Positions 13,381-25,690 of a stretch of DNA of 64,000 bases are shown one piece after another. The notes under the pieces are model-generated. The model had not been told where the DNA came from. It saw only the letters and a program-made list of their open reading frames with translations, and searched no databases. Source of the DNA: Squalus acanthias. Its lineage: Eukaryota. Both the position numbers and the translations under genes were made by a program. Within the stretch, counting starts at the first letter, position 1. Each line of letters starts with the position of its first letter. The stretch is from contig CM059435.1 in assembly GCA_030390025.1 (NCBI GenBank), positions 39,866,001-39,930,000 on the forward strand, given 5' to 3'.

Positions 13381-13596
13381 GATAAATTGAAATATGTGTG
13401 ACAGAGATTCAGACCTAGAAAGTGGGCCATGACCATCTTTGGGCGAGCTGGGGGTGGGAGAGGGGGGTGCGTAGTTTGTGTCCCTTGTGCCTGAATGGTG
13501 AGGCCCAAGGCTCTCTACATATTGCTGGCTACACGTCAAGAGAAGAGAACTCCAAGTTTGTAGAGTACCGCACCATGCATGTCAGGCCCAGCATTT

Positions 13597-14054
13597 TGAA
13601 ATAAAAACAGGAAATGGTGGAAACGCTCAGCAGGTCAGGCAGCATCTGTGGAGAGAGAAACAGAGCTAACATTTCAAGTTGATTACCTTCCATCAGAACT
13701 GGAAGATATTAGAGATGAACAGCTTTAAAGCAAATAAAGACCCAGAGAGAAAGGGAGGGGGGCAGGGAAAGAATAAAAGGGAGAGGTCTGTGATAGGGTG
13801 GAGGGCAGGACTGATTAAATGACCAAAAGGATGATGGTGCAAGGCAAAAGGGACAAGTTGAGAAACAAAAGATGGGTCCAGAGGAGGTGTAAATGGTTAC
13901 AGCTGAATAGCATAATCTGGCCAAACGGGTTATGTGACCTGGGAATGTGGCAGATGAAAGGCAAGTAGACCACCTGAAACGTTAACTCTGTTTCTCTCTC
14001 CACGGATGCTGCCTGGCCTGCTGAGTTTTTCCAGCGTTTTCTGTTGTTATTTCA
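13597..14054. mobile_element. Penelope-like element remnant with inverted terminal-repeat arms
   Basis: Left arm tgaaataaaaacaggaaatggtggaaacgctcagcaggtcaggcagcatctgtggagagagaaacagag is complementary to the right arm ctctgtttctctctccacggatgctgcctggcctgctgagtttttccagcgttttctgttgttatttca; each arm has a decayed hammerhead core. Confidence 0.8.
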
Positions 14055-14159
14055 GGTAGATCACCATTTTGATTACTGGTATCTGGGTGAACAGCAGTTG
14101 TCCATCCATGTACAGCTTGACTCTGTTTCCCAGGCAACACATTGTACTTATTACCTATG

Positions 14160-14430
14160 TCACTCTACCTGACCTGGAACCGAGGGAGCCAAAAGCAGCT
14201 GGGTACGGCATTTTATTCTCTAACCCATTAAAATAATATAAATACATTTACCCTTGAAAGGGATGAGGACATATAAAGGAATAGGTCCTTATCACCTGTG
14301 TCAATCTACCTGACCTGGAATGATATGGGAAGGCGGAACAAGCAGCTGGTTATGGAGCTTTATCCTGTAACCCTTTCACAATAATATATTACCTTTGGAA
14401 GGTTTGGGGATATATAAGGGAATAGATGCT
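14160..14430 (+). repeat. Diverged tandem duplication, ~140-bp unit x2
   Basis: Both units contain tctacctgacctggaa, aagcagctgg, taaccc.tt, aataatata, ttacc.ttg.aagg and atataa.ggaatag in the same order. Confidence 0.8.
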
Positions 14431-14696
14431 GTTAAAAATTGATTGAAACTGTCCACTAATATTTCAGACTTTACTGTATTCAGAACTCCTAGCACCTGTT
14501 TTTTGTGTTTTGCTTTCATTCAGATACTATTATTGGATTGTAAGCTGTTTTAAAAGTGATCATGACAAGGTGTAATGTGGCTTTTATCAGTGAGCAAGAC
14601 TATATACTCATAAATGCTTGTCACAAAAGAATTAGTTGGCTCTTTCTAAGGAGTGAAATAAAAGACAGATTATAAAACCAACTATGTTCTGTTGTT

Positions 14697-14748
14697 TGTG
14701 TGTGTGAGTGTGTGTGTGTGTGTGAGTGTGAGTGTGTGTGTGTGCGCA
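14697..14748. repeat. (TG)n microsatellite with GA interruptions
   Basis: Directly visible. Confidence 0.95.
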
Positions 14749-16184
14749 CATGATTGTGTGCATCTCCATGGCTTTCAGAAAAATATATATTTAAGAAAGA
14801 AAAAAATCTTTCTGCTTCTGTTATTTTCCCTTTGTAATGGAAAATGAGCAGTACAACATCATATAGTCTGTTGACATACATGAAATAGATTGTTGGTACT
14901 GATCGTCAAAACCAGTTTACAAGGGCCTGTTTTAAGTCACAGTTAAATTGGCCAACAGAAACAGGCCTCACAAATCCATAAACATACACATGTGTGTACT
15001 ATAGACACAGCATCTGTAGTGCATCAATGTGTTTACATCTACTACAGATGCTGCAGAAAAAATAATTTCACACCAACTAGATGCAGTAAAGTCTTGCCAG
15101 GAAAAATTGATGTGGAATTATTTATATGTTTTGCTTAAACCTATTAAAGGCATATCCCAGATACATAGACAGTAGAGTTACCTTTAGTCTGATGGATATA
15201 ATTTAATCCAACGGACTGTAAAGACATCAATACCAGATTTCACTAAAATTACTTTTGTGCACATCACAATAATATATTACATATATACATTGGGTAATTG
15301 TAATCCTGAGTTAGCAGGAAGATTTCCTCTATGTGCTATGTGTAGTGGAACCATAAATTCATTTATAAAGAACGTGTTTCAATTTCACTACATGACGTGC
15401 AGAGAGGAAATAATACATTCCCTGGGAAAATTTCCTCTCTGCACTTCTTGTCACGTGAGACAGTCATAATTCTCATGGTTATAACCTTGTCCCTCCCCCC
15501 ACTTCTTGTTATGCGACCAACAAAGTATAAAATAACTTAGGAAGCTACTGAATGAGAAAAGGTCATTTGCCCAATCAAGCAAACTCTTTCTGATTTCCAT
15601 GCCCTCTCCAACCTACCTAATATCCGAAGGGAAGGAAATAATCATTGATTCAAAAAAAGAAACCTCAGAAATTTCTATCTGATCCCCAAAGGAAATTGAA
15701 GAGGATACCAACTTTACTTTATAGTATGCTTTAGTATACTCTCTACAGATTTGATTTGTAGTAATAATGCTAAGGAAGGGTTCCTGGTAGTAATGGAAGA
15801 TACAAGCTCCAATAGCAAAATTCAAATTGGATTACTCAATAGAAAACAGAATTAAAATATTATTATAAACATTAATATCTGGATGATAGTGTGACAGATG
15901 TAACACAGTCCTGGGGTTTAGATGACTGTATAAACTACTTCAGCTGCACCCTCTCAGTCTATGACACAATGCAAACACATGAATATGATATAGCACATCC
16001 TCAGATACTTATTCTTTATGAATATATATATTAATGAGTACACAAATTGGCAAATGCTGTGGAAAAATATCATGTAATACTATAGAATCTCTCATACGGT
16101 ATCATAAACCTTTAACGTCCATCTCACAATCGGCTGCTAATACCCATAGTTCTAAATAGCCTTCCATTAAGCGCAAAACAGCTT

Positions 16185-16590
16185 ACAACAACAACAACAA
16201 CAGCTTGTATTTATATAGCGCCTTTAACGTAGTAAAATGTCCCAAGGCACTTCACGGGAGTATTATAAGACAAAAAATTTGACACCGAACCACATAAGGA
16301 GAAATTAGGGCAGGTGACCAAAGGCTTGGTCAAAGAGGTAGGTTTTAAGGAGCGTCTTAAAGGAGGAACGAGAGGTAGAGAGATGGAGAGGTTTAGGCAG
16401 GGAATTCCAGAGCTTAGGGCCTAGGCAACAGAAGGCATGGCCACCAATGGTTGAGCGATTATAATCAGGGATGCTCAAGAGGGCAGAATTAGAGGAGCGC
16501 AGATATCTTGGGGGGTTATGGGGCTGGAGGAGATTACAGAGATAGGGAAGGGTGAGGCCATGGAGAGATTTGAAAACAAGGATGAGAATT
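16185..16590 (-). mobile_element. L2 LINE 3' end with (AAC)n tail
   Basis: acaacaacaac...cttgtatttatatagcgcctttaacgtag is the reverse complement of the L2 tail at 7280-7340; retained CpGs suggest a younger copy. Confidence 0.9.
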
Positions 16591-17097
16591 TTTTTTAGTG
16601 GAACTTCTGTCAGAAAAGAAAAATTATTTTAAAAATTATCCTTAAAAGTGTACCATCTATAAAATAAATAGCTGGGAACTAATTCAAGGCTGTTATACAA
16701 TGTCATGATTCTGTTTAAAGTTATCCTTCAATATGTCACCCAAATGAGTGTCAGCAGGCAAATCGACTGTAGGACCATCACAGCTAAGCCCAATACATCA
16801 CATGCGTACTTCAAGCAGAAGTTACAGCATTGGGATCAGTGCTTTGAGCTTCCTTGATTTTCCCTTCCCTAATGCAGGGATGCTGAAACTAATTTTAACA
16901 GCTCTATTGTCACCCCAGCTGAGAACCTCTAACTCAACATAGACAATGAACAGAGCCTGGAAAGGTTCTTGACTACATGGCTCAGCTACTCACTGAATAA
17001 ACTCACTGAGTTGTAGTGGGAGCAAAGTTATTTATTATTCTATATATATATCCCAACCATTGAATAAATTCTACTTAACACAACCGTAAACAGTTAA

Positions 17098-17275
17098 CAT
17101 AGATGCATTTAATGCGAAGCTAGATAAACACATGAGGGAGAAAGGAATAGTAGGTTATGCTGATGGGGTTAGATGAAGTAGGGTGGGAGGAGGCTTGTGT
17201 GGAGCATAAACACCGGCATGGACCAGTTGGGCCGAATGGCCTGTTTCTGTGCTGTACATTCTGTGTAATTCTAGG
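17098..17275 (+). mobile_element. CR1 LINE 3' end (second subfamily)
   Basis: ggagcataaacaccggcatggaccagttgggccgaatggcctgtttctgtgctgtacattctgtgtaattct, a CR1-type 3' stem-loop and tail. Confidence 0.85.
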
Positions 17276-18249
17276 TAATTAATTGGGACCTAGGAACAAG
17301 CCAGAATAATTGTGTTTGTCTAACTCACTGTGACACTCATTGTGACATGCCTTAACAATGCTGTGACTAGCAATCTTCTGATGGGGTAAACATATATTTA
17401 AAATGCTTTTTCATGGCATTAGCAGTTAGATGCTTTGAAGAGGGAATTATAGGTTTCTGTGAAACAATAAACTAGATGGGTTGAATGGTCTCCCGTGACC
17501 ATTGTGGATAAGCAAAAATACATGGCAAATGACCACTGAATACAGAAAGTATTCCATTATGGTCTGATCATGGTTTAATCTGTCTCCAGTTTAATCATTT
17601 GCATGTGTGGTACATTCATGCGATTGTGGAATATTGTTCTGATTACTCTGAATTATTGTAATGTAACATAAGTGCATTTCAAATACAAACTAATATAATA
17701 CACCTTCCAATTGCTTTGGCAATAATTTCCATATTTCTGCTGAATATCACCTGTGCTGGCATGGCTCATAGATTTTTCATAGTAAGACCTAGGCAGCTGC
17801 ATGGGAGTCTTCAGAGTAAGCAAACAGAAAGAAGATATCATCCACATCAAAAAGTGAATTGAAATTTGGGAATCAGGGGAAATGTAATAGAAATATCCCA
17901 AATCTGTATAGAGAAGAACCAACAAAAAGTGAATTTAAAAGTTTTAGCACAAAACAAAGATTCCAAAAGAACACAGGGTAAAAATGAAGAGAATCAGTGC
18001 TGATTGGCAAATAGGTTAGCAACCCTACGCTTTTGTCACTCTTTGCCCACGTGGTTGTAGAGTACAAAGTTTCAAAACAAATCCTTGTTGAAGAGGAGAA
18101 CAAAAAAAAAGTTGCGATCTCTGGTTCGACTCAGCTCATGAATTATTATTTCATGTTTTTCACCTTTCTCCCCCTCAAAACCAGGGGCAGTGCACACCAG
18201 GAAAGTGTGACAGAGAGAGAGAGAGACACACACAACACACACAGATAGA

Positions 18250-18450
18250 AGGGTGCGCGTGCATGTGAACGTGATGGGTTGTCGGGAGCGCGCTGGGCGT
18301 GAGAGCGCGGGCACGGTGTCAATCCTTAAAGCGCGCGCGGGGAGGGAGAGAGAGGGGGACACGTGACGCCGGGAGGGGGGAGCGCGAGGCGGTGCGAGCG
18401 CTGGAGCATTATCGGCGGAATATAACACGGCAAAGGGAGCAGCGAGCAAC
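18250..18450 (+). promoter_or_regulatory. CpG-island promoter, probably of ZNF217
   Basis: The densest CpG stretch outside transposons; E-box CACGTG at 18360-18365, G-rich boxes, TATA-like tataa at 18421-18425, followed by 5' splice sites and upstream of the + strand coding exons. Confidence 0.75.
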
Positions 18451-18487
18451 TGCACGGAGCCTGCACCTATAGCACAGGCAGCGCAAG
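18450..18487 (+). other. ZNF217: Putative non-coding exon 1 of ZNF217 (start approximate; alternative donor after 18594)
   Basis: Begins ~25-30 nt after the TATA-like box; donor AAG|gtagga at 18487/18488, second donor CAG|gttagt at 18594/18595; no ATG in the short form. Confidence 0.55.
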
Positions 18488-21400
18488 GTAGGAGGGCAGC
18501 CGAGTCATAAATAATGAGATAGCTTAGAATAAAGGGCTTCAGGGGATGAGTCCACAGGAGAGAGAGAGAGAGAGGCAAAGAGAGAGAGAGGCAGGTTAGT
18601 CAGAGGAAGGGAACGGGTGTGTGTTTTTCTGTTTGTTTGTTGCAGTTACAGAATATATGGGTCTATTTAAACTTGTCTTTATCTCTATTAAAGTGGGGCT
18701 TTTTTTGTTGTTGTTGCAAGCGGCTCTAATTCGAAAGGTCGTCCTCGTATTACGAAATGAGCACTTCATGCAGCTACTGTATGCAAACACATCAACAACC
18801 GCTCCAAACAGGAAAAAGTCAACGGGAGCCTCAGCTCAGCTACAAAAAAAATTATCTGGGATTTTTCTCCCCCTTTTAAAAAAAAATCTTAACTTTTGCG
18901 AATACAGAAAATGAAACCCTGCGTCTGATCTGACTTGGTTGCGTTATATAAATATATTACATACATAAAAAGGTAGAGTTTATAAAGGAGGGGAATTTTA
19001 TTAATGAACTGTGGCTTGAAGGTCTGAGGCAGCCTTGTTAGTCATTATGAAAGTTCATTGATCGCTGTCAGATTCTTTTTGTTTCGTTTGGGTTGCGTTT
19101 GTGTCCTCAGTGGGCGATGTTTTCTGAACGATGCAGATTGTATATAGCGATCAATAGAACAACCGCAAACGAACAACTTTTTAAAAAATATATTTATTTT
19201 TGGGGGGGGAAGAAAACTTAACGGGAGTTCCATTTATTAATTGCTTCCATATCATATGGTGACGATTACTGTAAGTTATTCCTTTTTTTATGAGGTAATC
19301 GGGACATTTATTTTATAAAAAAGCAATCGGAATAAGACCGAACTTTATTTTGCGAGGCAGTTCAATTGAGAAGATTGTGGCTTTCAACACACTTCGTTTT
19401 TATTCTAATCAGCAACTCCCGGATCACATGGTCTCGGATTGTGTTGGCTGTTGGTCGCTTACCTCTTATCTTGTGAAGATCTTTAAAGGAACTTTTAAGT
19501 GGCTGGTGTTTTTTTTTAAAGTATCTGCTGAATAGTATCTAAAAATTAGGCTGAAAATCGAAGGTTATTCAGACTTTATCTGCTTGAAGCAGGCAGTGAC
19601 TTGCTGACTAATACCATGACGGTATGGTTGGGGGTTGTGTTAGGAGAAAAGGTATCAAGCACAATGACATGACAATAGCTTGAATGCCTTCACGCCATGT
19701 TTAGACATGTGTGCTGAAAGTCGCTTTTGAACTGTACTGTAATTTTTTTAACGTAATGACTAAAAACGTATAGAGGTATTTATAGTACTTTCCACAAAGC
19801 AGTGCTAATTAATGTAACTTATTGCAAAATACTTGTATGTAACAAAAAAATCCTCTCCATATTGCTTTTGTTGCATTCTTGATTCCTTTTTTTAAAAGAA
19901 CAGAAACTCTGCTTCTGAATCTTGAGACTGCTGGAAATAACTTTTTTGACTTTGATTTAGGGTTTTATTTTCAGTCCAGTGATTATCTTAACTTTTTTTA
20001 CATGATGTATTAAATAGCAGAAAACACTTCTTTGAACAGTGAATTGTAATTTGTACTTATTTCTATTCCAATAATGAATTGGACAAAAGTACACAAGTTT
20101 TAGTGAATAGAAATCCATTTTAAAAACCACTTCAAGCACTGTACTAACAGGTTGTTTCAGAACACATTACACCCTAAACCAAGGGACTGCATTGTAGATT
20201 GGACTAATAATTAGTTACTAATTGACTGATTGAAACCAGGGCTGCTGGACAAATGTTCACAGGTTGGGAATAAAGTGCTTTATCAGGCTTACCTGAACTG
20301 AGAGACTAGAAAATTCCAGAGAAGTTGCAGTTTTAATGTATTTTTTTTGTCTTGGTCTCTGCAACCTTGATTGGAACTCTTAGTCTTTAACAAAGGTCAG
20401 TGGCAGCTAGCTGGCTCTCCTTCAGGGACTAGTTGGGCTGAATGGCCTGTTTCTGTGCTGTATATCCTATGAATGTTTTTAAAAAATGTCTCAAGGTTGA
20501 TTTTTGTGTACTTTTTGAAATTGGCTTGATGTGTTTAATTGAAATGTTTGTTTTAGAAACAGCAGTTCTAGATTTCAATACTGTACTTGTTTGCTGACTA
20601 CACACATGCAGTACAGATGAAAGAACCATTGAATGGCCTTTCAGAGCTATTTGATAGCTTTACGTTCAAATTTAGCACATCAGAATATGTATTTCTGTCT
20701 TGAGACCAAACTAGAATGACCTGATGGGCCAGATTTAATTATTTAGTGTTTAAAGTTAGAAAAAATATTGATGAAGACTCTTCCAGTGATGCCATAGACC
20801 CAAAAAGGCTGTTTGGTTCTGTTAAAAGGACCTTTGGCTGCTTAATGCTTGCACAAAGTTTTGCAATACATGAACTTCAGCTTCTGATCTGCACCCTTTG
20901 TTGCATATCAGTTCTTCAAGAGAACCATGTCAATTTAAAATCTTATTGAAAAATAATCAAAGGAACCTAGTAACTAAATATTGGAACATATAACATATTA
21001 AAAATAAATTATTAGATGTGAGCAGCTGTAATGGTTTAAGTATCATAGTTGAATATAATTATGTAGCTAGAAAATGTAGCAGGAAGTGAAAAGACTAGTC
21101 TTTATCTTGTGGGTTCAGTCATGTGTATCAAAAAAATTGGTAAAACCTTTTGTCCCTAAAATGGTACCGTTTTACCATTTCCTTTTTTTAAATGACTTAA
21201 ATTTTCTGTATCCCCTTTTCAACATGCATGGAGGAAGTTCTTAGACCCTTATTTTCTAGAGTCTAATTTTAAAGCAGTGCTATATACAGAAGGCAACAGG
21301 ATTTTATGAGCTAGTTTCTCTAAATTGTATTGTTAATTCTCAGCCACATTTCAGAAAAAAAACCAATGTCAATGCACATAGTCATAATTTCTCTTCCTCC

Positions 21401-23344
21401 CCCAACCCCTAAAAGTTGCAGACTTTTTTTCCAGTATGATTCATTGATCAAGGAAATGCTGCATTTGATAATCATGATGTTGAAACTGATATCCTCCACA
21501 GGCAGAATAATGATCACAGCAGCACTATTGTTGCAGAAGCCCTGTAAAAGGTTAACCTGAACCTCATATGATGCTGGGGAGTTGAAGTGTCAGCTGCTTT
21601 TGGCAGTTCAGAATAAAATTCAGTTGCCACTTGTTTTTGTTTTGCCTTATTCAAAGCTGTGCATGATGTGACGAGTCCTCATTTTTATTTAGATGTAGTA
21701 TAGAACAACTCTAATCTATATGTAAGCCATTGAAAACAAATGTATGGTAAATATCCAACTGCCTTGTTTGTTTTTTCAATTTCCTTTTAAGTTCAGTGTA
21801 AATATAAAATCCTGATTTCCTGTTAAGTAGTATTTTACAATCCAAAAGTCAAGGCTTCTAAAATAGTCTGAGTCATAAAGCAGAATGCACTTTCAGTACG
21901 GTAAACAAAGTATGCTTTCTGTGATGTAGTTTTATGCACATTTAGTCTGGGTTTTGTTACTGTATCCAAGTACAGTTGATGGTTTTGTGATGTTTTGTAG
22001 CAAATACTTTGATACAGAAATCAGCTTTGTTGTAGGTGAGGCTTGGAAAAGGGCAAGGAATGTATGGAATCAATTTACTGTGTCTGTTAAAGTACAGTCT
22101 TTCATTGTATGGGGATAATGCACTTATTTTTCTAAAAGGAAAATATTGTGTGCAATCTGGTTGAAGGCTTGTGTTTGAAAATGGATACTTTCTGTCAGAC
22201 ATCTTGCTTTTGGAAAAATCTAAGTTTTTTTAAAAAAAAAGACCAACACAAAAATTGTGAAATGCCTGGTTTAGTAGGCTATTTTTTAGTGGGTTGCTTT
22301 GTACAAATAGAAGTGGTTACTAGGCTAGTGTCTGTTTCCCACCCTTCCTTTCAGAGCTGTTTTTGATATACAGGCAGCCTCCTGTGTTGTGCCGTTAAAC
22401 TAAAAGCCACATCTGTCCTTCACATTAGGCATGTCAGACTGCCTGTTGGGCTTGTGGATTGTGACCTTGGAGGCTTCATACACTTATTGAAAATTTAGAT
22501 AAGTCTTTACTGGTAATAGACAGCATTGATGTTTGCATTACACATACATCCTGTACTGCATAGGGTTGTTGGGTTTAAATGGTTCCCTAAATTAGAGACA
22601 TATACAGTTGTCTTTTAACAGCCCTAGGTCTTCTGCTAGTTTTGTAGCAGTATATCGCTTTATAGGAAGTTGGTGGTTGGTTGCTATGTGTTCTTGCTTT
22701 GTACTAGTTCACCTTGTACTGTGTGTTCCAGTTGATCTTGCTTTAACAATTTAAAAAAAGTGTCCATTTAGTGTTTTAGCAGCCAGCAGATTGAAACAGC
22801 AACTGATAAATGTTCAGTGTGTACAATATGCCAGCAGTGTCAAACTCGAAAGGTTTGGTTGATCACTTTTTAGGTAACTGCTGTGACTTTAGCCCTGTAA
22901 TTTTGTAAATAATACAATAGGAAACTTATATCTCATACAAGAAGCAACCCCACCCACCTATTCTATTTAGTGAAATGACTGTTATGCAAACTCCATTTCA
23001 GGTTGAACCAGTAAACTAATGGCCTAAAATTACTTTTATTTTAAATTTCTACTATGTTTAAAATGAAATGTAAATGCTAAATATTATGACTTTTTCCCCC
23101 TAAGAATTTGCTGTGGGCTGGTGGAATCTAGCATCATAACTCAGTGATTCAAGAAGTATTTCAATATTCTGAATGTGGAATGGGAGTGTACCAAAACGCT
23201 CTTTGTGGGTTACTTATATAAATGCCAATAAGAGTGAATTACTGCGATGTTAAGTAGTGATTCTAATTCAGTCTTGCCATTTTAAGAAAAGGATTGCTGT
23301 ACATGTCATCCAGCACTTAAAATGTTAAGTAGCAATAGTGGCTA

Positions 23345-23800
23345 CTGCTCCCATTAGCTCATTTGGTAATGCTACTGTATAGCTGAGCCATACAGACCAG
23401 AATGGGCTAATCCTAATCCCAATCCTGGTTTCAGTTTTCAGAATTATGCATTTACATATTATCTTTTCTATTCTACACTTCAGTTTGTGTCTGTGCTGAA
23501 TTAGCTGGTCTCAGCAAAGGTGGCAGTAAGGGTGCTTAAATTGGCTTCTGCTTCCTTGGGCTAAGGAAGGGAAAATGAACTCTGTTTTATGTTTCTGGTG
23601 CTATCCAATGACCCTTGCTGGAAAGTACGCATTCGTAGATGTTGGGTGAGGAACTGGATTGAGCTCAACTATGATACTTAAGTTGCACATAAAGAATTGC
23701 AGCTTGAACAAGGTGCTGGTGAATGCCCCATACCTGTGTGAATACACCCCAGCAGGCATCAATACCTTCAGAAGGGAGGGGGTGAGTGTGAAGAAAGTTG
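23345..23800 (+). mobile_element. Old SINE family A copy
   Basis: gctgagccatacagaccag head and ctgtgctgaattagctggtctcagc motif, with an internal insertion. Confidence 0.65.
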
Positions 23801-25289
23801 GCAAAAAAACGTAGGCAAGCTGGAGTTTTATTTATGCTCTATTCCCATTAAAAACAATATTCTTAGAAATAGGTAAAATATTTCCAGTAAAACCTGTTCA
23901 AACAGAAACCTGAGATCTAAAACCTGCAAGTTGCTGACAAATGTAAATTTTTAGTGCAAGTAGTGTGAAGGATAGTGTATTTAAAATAAATAGCAAATGT
24001 AGTTCAGAGCTGTTGTGCCTTATTTAGCTCTCCAATTTATTTTCCTGCTGGTTTGAAATGAATGATAGAAAAAGGTATTTGTCCTGAGAATTTTGATAAT
24101 CCATATACAGTGTTGTGGTATGCAGCAACCATTCTTTCTCACCGCCCTTTTATAAATGATACTTACCTAATTAACACTCTTGCATCCTGTGCTACAGTCA
24201 GTCATGGTGAGCACCAGCAGTACTAAACTATACTGCTGTAAAAACACCCATCCCATTCTGGATTCTGCTGTAATACAAATGCTATATGTTAATGGACATG
24301 TGGACTCATATGTGCTTATAGTGCAATCCTCACAATCCGTATTTTAAAAAACTAGGCACAGTGAAGTTCCAAACAAGGATCCCATGAGCTGGCACTTGGG
24401 TGTTTTAATAGAATATGGCTGCTGAGTAAACTTTTTGTGTGCTGGTAAATCTCTAGTTCCTATGGGTTATCTTGATCTGCCACTTATTGTACAATATACA
24501 AAAGGAAACCAAGATGCTCTTTGTGCATAATTCTACATCAAACACTTCTTTTTGAGTGTATTTCCTCTGTTTGAGTACCATCACTGTTCCTTTTTTGTGT
24601 AGTTATGAGCAGTAAAGCTGCAGATGTGACCACAGAGTAGCAGCAGCAAATGCAAGTGCTGTCAGGAAATATTCTCAAAACAAATCGGCAGTAAGTGCCA
24701 CTAAACCAGCAAATGCTGTTATTTTATATCATTTAGTCTTGCACCATCTCAGATCCATTTGCATCACAAGTGAATATAACTGGCATTGTAGGTTTAGGTT
24801 ACTTAAACTTCCCTTGCTGCCTTGATAGCAACTTCCTCTCCTGTCCCTTTTGATCTTCAAATTCAGATATTGTCTACTATAACATTTTCGTTGCTCAAAT
24901 GTAGCAGTTTGCTATCTCAGCTTTCTCTTGCAGCCTCTAATATTTTGAATCTGGCAGGAACTATACTGTATGCAAAACCCATAATCCTTTTTCCTATCAG
25001 TTGTAAACCTTAATAAGGATGATACATTGATGGAGATTATGATGGCTATAGCAAAACCTTTTACCTAGACAAAAGTCATTTCCTGGAAAATGAGAGAATG
25101 AATTGGGATTATAGGTGGACAGTACTGTGAAACTATTTCAAACTATCCCTGAGACAAGCTTATTTTCTTTAAATTTTGGCGGTCTTCAAACTTTTGGTGC
25201 TCCTACTTATTTTTCCAGTTTTTGGTAGATTACATCGAATCAAAGTTTCAAGCTCATCACTTTTTTTTTAAATTAATGTCTTGGACTTT

Positions 25290-25690
25290 TTTACCTCTTC
25301 CTGTCCTGAAGGTGTTCACTCCTCACTCATTTCTGGGTAAGATTCTACAAGCACTTTTCACTCTGATATCTCTCACAAGTGATCATTATTTACTGTGACG
25401 GCTCGGGTATGAATATTGGCAGACTATTTGCTCACGGTGGATGTTAAGCCAAGCCTGATTCTATAGTCCACCCTCCCCTGACATCCACACGCTACGTGTA
25501 GTTCCAGAAGGAGTTGCTGGATTGTGATGTGGAGTTGTAACCCTGGCTGATTCTTCCCCCATATCCAGCCCAGTGGCACTGAGGCTGATTGCAGCACTCC
25601 TGCCACACCAGCTGAGAAATTGGCTAAGATGACATACTGGGAATTGAATGTGGGATTTTCCTGTTCTGTCTGACTAATCTTGCTGAGCTA
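25290..25690 (-). mobile_element. Old SINE family A copy
   Basis: Colinear with 28060-28440 and 2250-2576. Confidence 0.6.

Noticed and set aside
18072-18578. 168-aa antisense ORF over the promoter
   Set aside because: Low-complexity, stop-poor by-product of the CpG island and GA repeats; no recognisable domain.
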